Shown here: piece by piece, positions 31,728 through 39,377 of the stretch | How positions within the stretch are numbered: the first letter of the stretch is position 1 | Layout: the number at the start of each line of letters is the position of its first letter | Origin: an uncultured Verrucomicrobiae bacterium | GTDB taxonomy: Bacteria; Verrucomicrobiota; Verrucomicrobiia; Chthoniobacterales; UBA10450 | Direction: 5' to 3' | Assembly: GCA_963801815.1 (NCBI GenBank) | Contig: CAWDGJ010000001.1 | Location: forward strand, 239,914-303,913 | DNA length: 64,000 nt | Made by a program: the position numbers and the translations under genes | The notes under the pieces: model-generated | What the model was told of the DNA's origin: nothing | Databases searched by the model: none | What the model saw: only the letters and a program-made list of their open reading frames with translations

Positions 31728-31901
31728 GTCGCCGAAGACGTTACGAATTCGCGGATGATTGTCGATGCTGTTGCCCAAGCGAGTTTTCCGGTAAGGGAAC
31801 AAACGACCTCCCGCGGCGGAGTTTCGGAGTTGACGGAGCGGATTTTCGAGGCAAATAGCATCTGCGTTTTTCCGCGGATGCTCTAACGTTCGCTTTGGCT
31901 C

Positions 31902-33164
31902 ATGACGATTTACGACGACGAAGTTTTTAAGATGGCGTGCGACCAGTTTCAGGTCATCGCCGATTATCTAAGCATCGACAAAAACGATCGAGACCGCTTG
32001 ATGTATCCGAAGCGCGCGGTGGCGGTCACGTTGCCGGTGCACATGGACGACGGCAGCACAAAAACATTTCAAGGCTACCGCGTTCAACATCATCTCACGC
32101 TTGGACCAACCAAGGGCGGGACTCGGTTCGCGCCCTCACTCTCGATGGGTGAGACGGCTGCGCTCGCCATGTGGATGAGTTGGAAATGCGCACTGGCCAA
32201 CCTGCCGTACGGCGGAGCCAAGGGCGGTGTGACTTGTGACGTGACCAAATTATCGCGGACTGAGCTCGAAGCGGTGTCGCGGCGTTACATGCAGGAAATG
32301 ATTCCGTTCGTGGGTCCGCAGACCGACGTGATGGGCCCGGACATGGGAACAAACGAACAGGTCATGGCGTGGTTCATGGATACCTATTCCGTTTATCATG
32401 GCTACGCGGTTAATGAGATCGTGACCGGAAAACCGGTTTCAATCGGCGGAACGGAAGGCCGCCGTGAATCTACAGGGCGCGGCGTTGTTTATCTGATCGA
32501 GCGCGCCATAAACATGTTGAAAATGGACGCTGAGAAATGCACCGCCATCGTGCAGGGATTTGGCAACGTCGGCTCGGTCGCAGCTCTGTCCTTGGCTTAC
32601 AAGAGCGGCGTAAAAGTTGTCGGCATCAGCGACGCCTACGCGGCGATTTACAACCCAAAAGGAATCGACGTAGAGGCCGCGGAACAACACGTCCTTAAAA
32701 AAGGAAACCTCCGCGCGTTCCACGAGGCTGATCATGTGGATCCAAGAGAGCTTCTTACCATGCCATGCGACATTCTCGCTCCGTGCGCGGTTGACCGCGT
32801 CGTCAACGGCGGAAACGCGGGCAAACTGAAATGCCGGATCCTGGCCGAAGGCGCGAATGGCCCGACGACGCCGGAAGCTGACCTGATTTTAGAAAAACGC
32901 TGGGACGAAGTGTTCGTGATCCCGGATATTTTGTGCAACGCCGGTGGCGTCATCGTTTCCTATTTTGAATGGGTTCAGGGCAAGCAAGCGTTCATGTGGT
33001 CGGAGACAGAGGTCACAGACAAGTTGTTCCGAATCCTGGAGCACTCCTTCACCCAGGTGATCAAGCGCGCCAAGGCGCACAAGATTTCGCATCGCACCGC
33101 CGCCATGGCCATCGGCGTCGAACGGGTAATGAGGGCCAAGAAAATCCGCGGTCTATTCCCATAA
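31902..33164 (+). CDS. gdhA: Glu/Leu/Phe/Val dehydrogenase (glutamate dehydrogenase)
   Basis: GPTKGGTRF, MSWKCAL, GGAKGG, PDMGT, TGKP, QGFGNVG, EGANGP, NAGGVIVSYFEW. Confidence 0.9.
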   Translation: MTIYDDEVFKMACDQFQVIADYLSIDKNDRDRLMYPKRAVAVTLPVHMDDGSTKTFQGYRVQHHLTLGPTKGGTRFAPSLSMGETAALAMWMSWKCALANLPYGGAKGGVTCDVTKLSRTELEAVSRRYMQEMIPFVGPQTDVMGPDMGTNEQVMAWFMDTYSVYHGYAVNEIVTGKPVSIGGTEGRRESTGRGVVYLIERAINMLKMDAEKCTAIVQGFGNVGSVAALSLAYKSGVKVVGISDAYAAIYNPKGIDVEAAEQHVLKKGNLRAFHEADHVDPRELLTMPCDILAPCAVDRVVNGGNAGKLKCRILAEGANGPTTPEADLILEKRWDEVFVIPDILCNAGGVIVSYFEWVQGKQAFMWSETEVTDKLFRILEHSFTQVIKRAKAHKISHRTAAMAIGVERVMRAKKIRGLFP

Positions 33165-33191
33165 CGGCGCGGACTCAGATAGAGAAAGTAC

Positions 33192-33229
33192 AAAAAGAAG
33201 CCGCGCCGCGGAATTAACCGGGGCGCGGC
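33192..33229 (-). terminator. Intrinsic terminator closing the peptide-export operon
   Basis: Minus strand reads GCCGCGCCCCGG-TTAATT-CCGCGGCGCGGC followed by TTCTTTTT. Confidence 0.75.
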
Positions 33230-33247
33230 GCGACTGCCGAGCAGATC

Positions 33248-33388
33248 TTAGTTCTGATTCGGCTTTCCGATGCCTTGCGGCGCGGGGTGGCCGATGCCTT
33301 GCGGCGCGGGCTTTCCGATGCCGCCAGCTTTGGGATTTTTCCTCGGCTTCATATCACGAACGTTGATTTTCTTTTTGGCTTTTTTCAT
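33248..33388 (-). CDS. Putative precursor peptide (46 aa) with an 8-residue triple-repeat core; not in the ORF track
   Basis: MKKAKKKINVRDMKPRKNPKAG|GIGKPAPQ-GIGHPAPQ-GIGKPNQN*. AGGA lies 10 nt upstream of the ATG. Confidence 0.8.
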   Translation of the reverse strand: MKKAKKKINVRDMKPRKNPKAGGIGKPAPQGIGHPAPQGIGKPNQN

Positions 33389-33430
33389 TGGGTTGGGTTC
33401 CTAGTTGGGTTTAATTTTTCCTACGTGGGA

Positions 33431-33460
33431 CCGCGCCGCGGAATGGAACCTCCGGCGCGG
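33431..33460 (-). repeat. Intergenic hairpin related to the downstream terminator
   Basis: CCGCGCCG (33431-33438) pairs with CGGCGCGG (33453-33460). Shares CCGCGCCGCGGAAT with 33201-33214. Confidence 0.6.
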
Positions 33461-33470
33461 CTGTCACACA

Positions 33471-33662
33471 TTAATGGGTGCTTGGACCCGTGCCACTCAC
33501 CGATGCTCCTCCGCCCAATGGGGCTGGGCCTTTGCCGCTTAGGGAGGTGCCATGGCCGGAGACGGCAGCACCGCCGCCGGAGACAGCCACGCCGCCGCCT
33601 TTAGCGTCTTTCTTCGGGTTGAGGTCACGAACTTTGATGTTTTTCTTGGTTTTCTTCGACAT
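33471..33662 (-). CDS. Putative precursor peptide (63 aa) with a Gly/Ser-rich 7-residue-repeat core
   Basis: MSKKTKKNIKVRDLNPKKDAKGG|GVAVSGG-GAAVSGH-GTSLSGK-GPAPLGG-GASVSGT-GPSTH. Confidence 0.82.
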   Translation of the reverse strand: MSKKTKKNIKVRDLNPKKDAKGGGVAVSGGGAAVSGHGTSLSGKGPAPLGGGASVSGTGPSTH

Positions 33663-33865
33663 ATCAGTTTTCTTGTTTTGGGTTGTTTATTGTTTTTGTG
33701 TTTTTGTACTGCGTCAGTGACGCCGAACAAAAATTGACGACCGCCGGTGACGTTCTGTTTTGGGATCAGATCATCGAGGCGGATCAATCTTTCCTTTTTG
33801 CGTTTGGAGCTGGAATTTTTTGGATTCCCGCTCGTCGCATATTTTTTGTTTTTCGGTGCACTCAC
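33539..33865 (-). CDS. Putative precursor peptide; start (GTG 33865) and end uncertain
   Basis: ...KRKKERLIRLDDLIPKQNVTGG|RQFLFGVTDAVQKHKNNKQPK... As read, it overlaps the next gene by 124 nt. Out-of-frame stops at 33664-33666 and 33687-33689 lie among A-runs. Confidence 0.6.
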   Translation of the reverse strand: MSAPKNKKYATSGNPKNSSSKRKKERLIRLDDLIPKQNVTGGRQFLFGVTDAVQKHKNNKQPKTRKLICRRKPRKTSKFVTSTRRKTLKAAAWLSPAAVLPSPAMAPP

Positions 33866-33880
33866 TTCGAGTCCGCTATT

Positions 33881-33897
33881 ACCACCATTCGTGCCAA
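33881..33897 (-). promoter_or_regulatory. Candidate sigma54 (-24/-12) promoter for the peptide genes
   Basis: TTGGCACGAATGGTGGT: perfect -24 element TGGCACG, but the -12 element reads GTGG rather than TTGC. Confidence 0.4.
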
Positions 33898-34023
33898 CAC
33901 CAATTAACGGTGGAGATGGCAAGGGCCATTGGCCCTCAGGTCCAGTCACTTACGTATTGCAGATTTGTTAATCGCGTAAAATCAGCTGCCATTAGGATGG
34001 CATCGTCTTTAGGCCAGCTGTGC

Positions 34024-35058
34024 CTAACGTTGAGGCCGGTGGGTGTTTTGATTCTGCGCCGCGCTTCGAAGATGGCGTGCCAGGGTAGCCCTGGATATTC
34101 TAAGTAACTTCGCAGTGCGTCGCTGGTTGCGATTGGCTTGTTCGTAAACAAAATGGACGTGACGCCTGACGGCGCCGGCCAGAGTGAGATCCATGTCGCC
34201 GTGATGTTCGTTCGCATTATTTGCCAACGACGGCGACCCGTGATGTTGCGCTTCGTGATTCGTCGCCTCGAGATCGGGCGGAAAAATGACGTGTTGCGGA
34301 AGGATTACATGACCGTCGCAAAATAAAGTCATGGTGCGAACGGTGTGATTGAGTTCGCGCAGATTGCCGCGCCATTGGTGATGGACGAGCTTTTCCATCG
34401 CTTCGGGGTGGATTGCGGTGATGCTTTTGTTTTCTTTGGCAGCCGCAATCTTCAGTTCGGCGGCGATCAAGGCCGGAAGCTCCTCGAGGCGCTCTCGCAG
34501 TGGGGGGATCAGCAAAGTCAGGCCGTTGAGGCGCTGATAAAGATCCTCCCGGAATTTGCCCTGCCGGACTCGTTCTTGCAGCGAGCAATTCGACGCGCAG
34601 AGAATTCTAGCGTTGGACTTGAGCATTCGTTCCGATCCCAATCGTTCGAACTCTCCATATTCGAGCACCCGCAAAATCTTTACCTGGGCCAGCGGACTCA
34701 TTTCCGAAATCTCGTCGAGAAAAATGGTGCCACCGTCGGAAAGCTCGAATTTTCCTTTAACGCTCTGCTGTGCGCCCGTGAATGCGCCTTTTTCGTGACC
34801 AAAAAGCTGGCTCTCGAGCAGGGTGTCGCTCATGGCGGACGCATTGAAGGAAACGAAGCTTCCTTGAGCGCGCACAGAGGAATTGTGGATCGCGTGCGCC
34901 AGCAACGTTTTGCCGGTGCCAGTCTCACCCAAGAGAACGACTGGAACGTCGGATTTCGAGGCCAGAAAAGCCAGCCGCAGACAGCGGGCCATTGCCGCGT
35001 TGCTCGTCGTTAGGTCCTCAACTCTCAGCTGCGAAAGCATTTCGTGCATCTTCATCAC
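34024..35058 (-). CDS. Sigma54-dependent transcriptional activator without an N-terminal regulatory domain
   Basis: GETGTGKT, ESQLFGHEKGAFTGA, IFLDEI, FREDLYQRLN, WRGNLREL, C-terminal Fis-type HTH (NQRRTAKLLRISRATL). Confidence 0.93.
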   Translation of the reverse strand: MMKMHEMLSQLRVEDLTTSNAAMARCLRLAFLASKSDVPVVLLGETGTGKTLLAHAIHNSSVRAQGSFVSFNASAMSDTLLESQLFGHEKGAFTGAQQSVKGKFELSDGGTIFLDEISEMSPLAQVKILRVLEYGEFERLGSERMLKSNARILCASNCSLQERVRQGKFREDLYQRLNGLTLLIPPLRERLEELPALIAAELKIAAAKENKSITAIHPEAMEKLVHHQWRGNLRELNHTVRTMTLFCDGHVILPQHVIFPPDLEATNHEAQHHGSPSLANNANEHHGDMDLTLAGAVRRHVHFVYEQANRNQRRTAKLLRISRATLARHLRSAAQNQNTHRPQR

Positions 35059-35059
35059 G

Positions 35060-36247
35060 TCATTGCTTCAGATTCTCATTGAGTTGCCGAACCGGCTCGA
35101 AGGCGTATTCGATCATCGTCCGGCTTCCGACGATAATATGAGCTTCGCCTTTCATGCCGACTCGCAGCGGCAGCGATTGGCCGTGCCCGGTGGGCATGGC
35201 GGTCTTTTCGAGCGACCCCAAGCCCACGAATCGAGGTCCGTCGCTTGAAGTAACGACCGACGGACTGATCCAATCGAGTTTTCCACTCACCGCGCCGTAA
35301 CGCTGATAGGGGAACGCTTCAAAGAAATACCGGACCCGTTGCGCAACCGCGAGTTTGGGAAAACCGGATTCGCCTAAAAGCAGTCGCGCCCGCAACTTTG
35401 TGTTTTGTTCGGCGAGCTGGCAAAGCATCTGCCCTTGTTGAATCACGCTGCCGACGCTTCGCTGGTCGAGCGAAATGACCACCCCATCATAAGGGCTCCG
35501 CACCGTGAGCAAGTTTTGTTGGGTATTTTCCAAGTCGCTCTTCAGGGCAGCGACACGCATCTTTAGTTTTTGAATTTCCGACACCAGTTCGCTTCGCGAC
35601 TTGGCGTGCTCGCTCTCCATTCGCTCGCGATCGAGATCAGTTTGCTGCAAGGTTCGTTGAGCAACGCTAAAATCCTTTTCCGATCCGGCCAGATCGAGCC
35701 GCGTCTTGATCAGATCGACCTCCGAGATCCCGCCTTCCTTGGACAACCTCTCCATGCGCGCAACCAGGTCGCGACTCGTCTTAGCGTGGTTTTCCCGAAA
35801 ACTTACTTCGCTCTTGGCTTGGTCGATCTCAGCCAGTTTGATGTTGAGCTGGGCTTTGTAGGCGATGTCGCTTCGGAGCAGGCCTTCTTCCTTGGTCCGC
35901 AAATCCTCGCTCAGTGTTTGCAGTTCCGTATCCAGCGCGTGCATTTCATCGGAGCGAAGCACAAAGAGCTCGGAACCTTTGGTCACCGCCTGGCCTTCAG
36001 TTACAGAAATCCGAGTAATGACGCCCTGATGCGGCGCTTGGATTGGATCTTCGCCCGTCGCGGGAACCAAAACAAATGGACAGTGCACCGTCTCGGGCAG
36101 TCGCATCACGATGGCAAGTAACAGCGCACTGAGAAATGCGCCGATCAAAACCCACGCGGTCCGCCGAATTATCCATGGCGGCGGATCCTGCGGCAGCATC
36201 TCGGATTCGAGTTCGATTGAACCGCGCTTTGGTGCATTCACACTCAT
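35060..36247 (-). CDS. HlyD-family membrane fusion protein
   Basis: Single N-terminal TM, lipoyl halves (ISVTEGQAVTKG; VRSPYDGVV), coiled coil, FEAFPYQRYG, LRVGM, EYAFEP. Confidence 0.93.
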   Translation of the reverse strand: MSVNAPKRGSIELESEMLPQDPPPWIIRRTAWVLIGAFLSALLLAIVMRLPETVHCPFVLVPATGEDPIQAPHQGVITRISVTEGQAVTKGSELFVLRSDEMHALDTELQTLSEDLRTKEEGLLRSDIAYKAQLNIKLAEIDQAKSEVSFRENHAKTSRDLVARMERLSKEGGISEVDLIKTRLDLAGSEKDFSVAQRTLQQTDLDRERMESEHAKSRSELVSEIQKLKMRVAALKSDLENTQQNLLTVRSPYDGVVISLDQRSVGSVIQQGQMLCQLAEQNTKLRARLLLGESGFPKLAVAQRVRYFFEAFPYQRYGAVSGKLDWISPSVVTSSDGPRFVGLGSLEKTAMPTGHGQSLPLRVGMKGEAHIIVGSRTMIEYAFEPVRQLNENLKQ

Positions 36248-36260
36248 GGTCGTCGTTTCA

Positions 36261-39200
36261 TCAAACGCCCAGTTGCTGGCTGGACAGATAATAATAGAGC
36301 CCGCGTTGCGCCATCAGTTCATCGTGGGTTCCGATTTCGGCCACGCTTCCCTTTTCTAAAACTACGATCGCATTGGCTTCACGAATGGTGCTAAGCCGGT
36401 GCGCGATGACAATTGTAGTTCGACCAGCCATCAATCGACCAAGGTTGTCCTGAATTGCCCGCTCCGATTCGGTGTCGAGCGCGCTGGTCGCTTCGTCGAA
36501 AATCAGGATGGGCGGATTATCATAAATCGCGCGCGCAATCGCGATCCGCTGTTTCTGGCCGCCGGACAGGGCCAGACCGGACTCGCCGATTTTCGTTTCG
36601 TAACCGAGCGGAAGCCGCATGATGAAATCGTGCGCCGCGGCCGCCTGCGCTGCCGCCAATACTCGATCAATGTCCGGCTCGATATCTCCGAAGGCGATGT
36701 TGCGCGCGATAGTGTCGTTGAAGATGTGATTTTCCTGCAACACCATTCCGATATGTCGCCGCACATCGCGGTAGTTCAGGGTCCGAAGGTCGACGTTGTC
36801 AAAGGAGATCGTGCCTTCGGTCGGCTCCAGGAGGCCGGCGACCAACTTAATCAAGGTCGTTTTTCCCGAACCGCTGCGTCCGGCAAACGCCACCATTTTT
36901 CCGGGACTAATGTCGAGATCGATGTTGCTTAGAATGTTCGGCGCTTCCGGTCCGCCGTACTTGAAGCAAACTCCACGCAACTGGATGCGTCCTTCCAAAC
37001 TGTGGACGGGGATTAATTGCGATCGATCATGTCCTTGTTCCGGCTCTTGCTCAAAGATGTCGTTCAGGCGATTCAACAAAACGGAGGCGAATTGCATGTT
37101 GTCCCAGACGCCGAGCGTTCGAAGAATTCCCGAATACGCCATCGCAGTCAGCGAGCTGAAGGCAACGAACCCGCCAACGCTAAGATGTCCCTGGATTACC
37201 TGGGTGGCGCCAACCCAGAGAAAAATCGCGGTCGAGAGCAAACCGATGCTTTGCAACACGCTGTCGTAAGACATCACGATGAAGCTGGCGCGGAATAGCT
37301 GCTTCGAAACGGAAAGGAACTCATTTAGCATCGCGTCGCGAAACGCGCTTTCGGCAGAGGCCGCTTTTACCGCTTCAATTCCCTTAATCGCGTCGATTTG
37401 ATGCGAGCTATACTTTCCCTGACTCTCTTCCACACCGGCAAATAACGGCCTCAACACTTTCACCGAAAAAATCATCAAGCCTGCATAAAGCGGAGTGCTT
37501 GCGAGAAATGCCAGGGTGAGGAGTGGGCTATAGATCGCCATTAAAAAAAGCGCGCCCAGCAGATAAACTACCGCGAGCAAGGCACCAATCCCTTGCTGCA
37601 CCGCGAATTGCCGGACTTGTCGCGCTCCGTCTAGTCGCCGCTGGATATCGCCAGTTCGCCGGCTTGTGAAGTAGGTCATCGGCAGCGACAGAAGCTTTCG
37701 GCTCAGGAAATCGAGGACAGCCGTGTCAAGTCGCACCGCGGCAAACGCGAGCAGGTATTCTTGAGCCAGTGTTGCCAGCTGTACGAAAACAATGGCCGCG
37801 AGCATTCCAATCACGATTGTCCGCAGCAACCCGAGATCGTTCTCGACAATGACTTTGTCGACGACCATCTGAGTAAAGACCGGGAAAACCAGCTGCAAAA
37901 CGCTGACCGCGAGGGCGAGCCCAAGCACTTGGAGAAGCACGACCTTGAACCGGGCCAGAAAAGGAAACAACCAGGCCAACGCAGGTTTGGCTTCCGGCGC
38001 CTGCTCGAATGCCGTCGTGTAGTCAAAAAGGGCGGCGTAACCGGTCCACTTTCCTTCAAATTCGCTCCGCGAAAGTTTGCGCAAACCCAGGGCGGGATCA
38101 GCGACACGAACAAACTCTGAATCGACATCGTAAAGCACGATCCAGTGATTGCCTTCCCAATGCACAATCGCCGGCAACGGCATCATTGGCAGATTTCTGA
38201 GCGAAACTTTCAGCGCGCGCGCGGCCAATCCAAGTTCCGTAGCGGCGCGGACGAGCGCTTTCAAACTCGTGCCATCTGTCGCGGTGTGACAAAGCTGGCG
38301 TATCCGCGCCAGGCTTACTTTGCGTCCAAAGTGCCGGCAAATCATTCCCAGACTCGCCGCGCCACAGTCCATCTCATCGATCTGCTGGATGTGCTCGATC
38401 TTCCGGATGCGGTTTGCTCGCTTCCGGAAATAGCCGTGTTCGTCTTCGAACGGTTCGGCTTTGTCTTCGCTCTCAACCGCTCCTTCCTCGCCATCGAGCG
38501 CAGTCTTATCCGCCCGGCGAGTTTCGGCCGGGAGAAGTTCCTCGGAGAAGTCGAGTGGAATGCGGGCCTCGGTTTTCGCCTCGTAAATGGCGAGCCGCTC
38601 GACCAATAGTTTGTCGAATTCGGGGAACCGCTTGCGCAAATCCAAGACTGCCTCCGGTTCGAGCGCGAGGGCATGGCAATTGGTGAACGCTTCCACTGAC
38701 GCTGCCCGCGCCGAGTTGTTTAGTATCGACAACTCGCCGAAGAAATCGCCTTCGCGATAGAATGCTACGTTGCGCTGGTGTCCGTTCCCGTCGCCAATAA
38801 AGGCGCGCGCGCGCCCTTTCTCAATGACATACATCGGTCCCGCCGCGTCGCCCTGCCGGATGATCAAGTCGCCCTTGGCGAAACCCACTGGCACTAAATG
38901 ATCGATCATGCTGCGGAGGGCCGGCCCGGGCAGACGGCCAAAGTTGCTGAATTGATAAAGGAAGCTCTGCACCGCGCGGTTGCGCCCGATCATTTCGATG
39001 TAATGCCGAAGGTCTGGCGCCTGCGCGACAAGTTGAAGAAAATCGTTTCGATCGATTCGCAGGACATCCACCGCGGTGCTGCACCGCACGGTCGCCGCCC
39101 GCTTTCCACCTTCGGCCAAAGCGGCTTCGCCAAAACTATCGCCCGGTTTCAATACTCCGAGCGGAATCTCTTCGCCGTCCGACTTGATTTTGACCGCTCG

Positions 39201-39377
39201 GGCGCGGCCATTCGTCAAAATATAAAAAGCATCCGCTGGTTCGTCTTGTTCGACGATCAGATCTCCGAAATCATAATGCTCTTCCTGTAGTAACGGCTCG
39301 AGAGCCGCGAAATGTTCGTCCGAAAGAAATCGAAAAGCCGCCGCGCGCCGAATGATCTGAGTATCTGCGGTTCTCAT
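36261..39377 (-). CDS. Peptidase-containing ABC transporter (PCAT): 2x cNMP-binding + C39 peptidase + TMD + NBD
   Basis: cNMP cassettes FGEAAL....RAATV and FGELSIL....RAASV. C39 motifs QIDEMDCGAASL, NHWIV, VADPA. Walker A GRSGSGKT, LSGGQKQR, IFDEATSALD, IAHR. Confidence 0.95.
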   Translation of the reverse strand: MRTADTQIIRRAAAFRFLSDEHFAALEPLLQEEHYDFGDLIVEQDEPADAFYILTNGRARAVKIKSDGEEIPLGVLKPGDSFGEAALAEGGKRAATVRCSTAVDVLRIDRNDFLQLVAQAPDLRHYIEMIGRNRAVQSFLYQFSNFGRLPGPALRSMIDHLVPVGFAKGDLIIRQGDAAGPMYVIEKGRARAFIGDGNGHQRNVAFYREGDFFGELSILNNSARAASVEAFTNCHALALEPEAVLDLRKRFPEFDKLLVERLAIYEAKTEARIPLDFSEELLPAETRRADKTALDGEEGAVESEDKAEPFEDEHGYFRKRANRIRKIEHIQQIDEMDCGAASLGMICRHFGRKVSLARIRQLCHTATDGTSLKALVRAATELGLAARALKVSLRNLPMMPLPAIVHWEGNHWIVLYDVDSEFVRVADPALGLRKLSRSEFEGKWTGYAALFDYTTAFEQAPEAKPALAWLFPFLARFKVVLLQVLGLALAVSVLQLVFPVFTQMVVDKVIVENDLGLLRTIVIGMLAAIVFVQLATLAQEYLLAFAAVRLDTAVLDFLSRKLLSLPMTYFTSRRTGDIQRRLDGARQVRQFAVQQGIGALLAVVYLLGALFLMAIYSPLLTLAFLASTPLYAGLMIFSVKVLRPLFAGVEESQGKYSSHQIDAIKGIEAVKAASAESAFRDAMLNEFLSVSKQLFRASFIVMSYDSVLQSIGLLSTAIFLWVGATQVIQGHLSVGGFVAFSSLTAMAYSGILRTLGVWDNMQFASVLLNRLNDIFEQEPEQGHDRSQLIPVHSLEGRIQLRGVCFKYGGPEAPNILSNIDLDISPGKMVAFAGRSGSGKTTLIKLVAGLLEPTEGTISFDNVDLRTLNYRDVRRHIGMVLQENHIFNDTIARNIAFGDIEPDIDRVLAAAQAAAAHDFIMRLPLGYETKIGESGLALSGGQKQRIAIARAIYDNPPILIFDEATSALDTESERAIQDNLGRLMAGRTTIVIAHRLSTIREANAIVVLEKGSVAEIGTHDELMAQRGLYYYLSSQQLGV

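Noticed and set aside
31728..31901. SAM riboswitch upstream of the Cys/Met PLP enzyme
   Set aside because: No SAM-I, SAM-II or SAM-IV core motifs recognisable on the minus strand.
33251..33322. 24-nt direct repeats as a possible mini CRISPR array
   Set aside because: The repeats are contiguous with no spacers, are a multiple of 3 within a peptide ORF, and there are no cas genes.
33275..33971. Plus-strand ORFs across the peptide array
   Set aside because: They are Phe-rich antisense translations of the Lys-rich minus-strand peptides, which have the leader motif, ribosome-binding sites and terminator.
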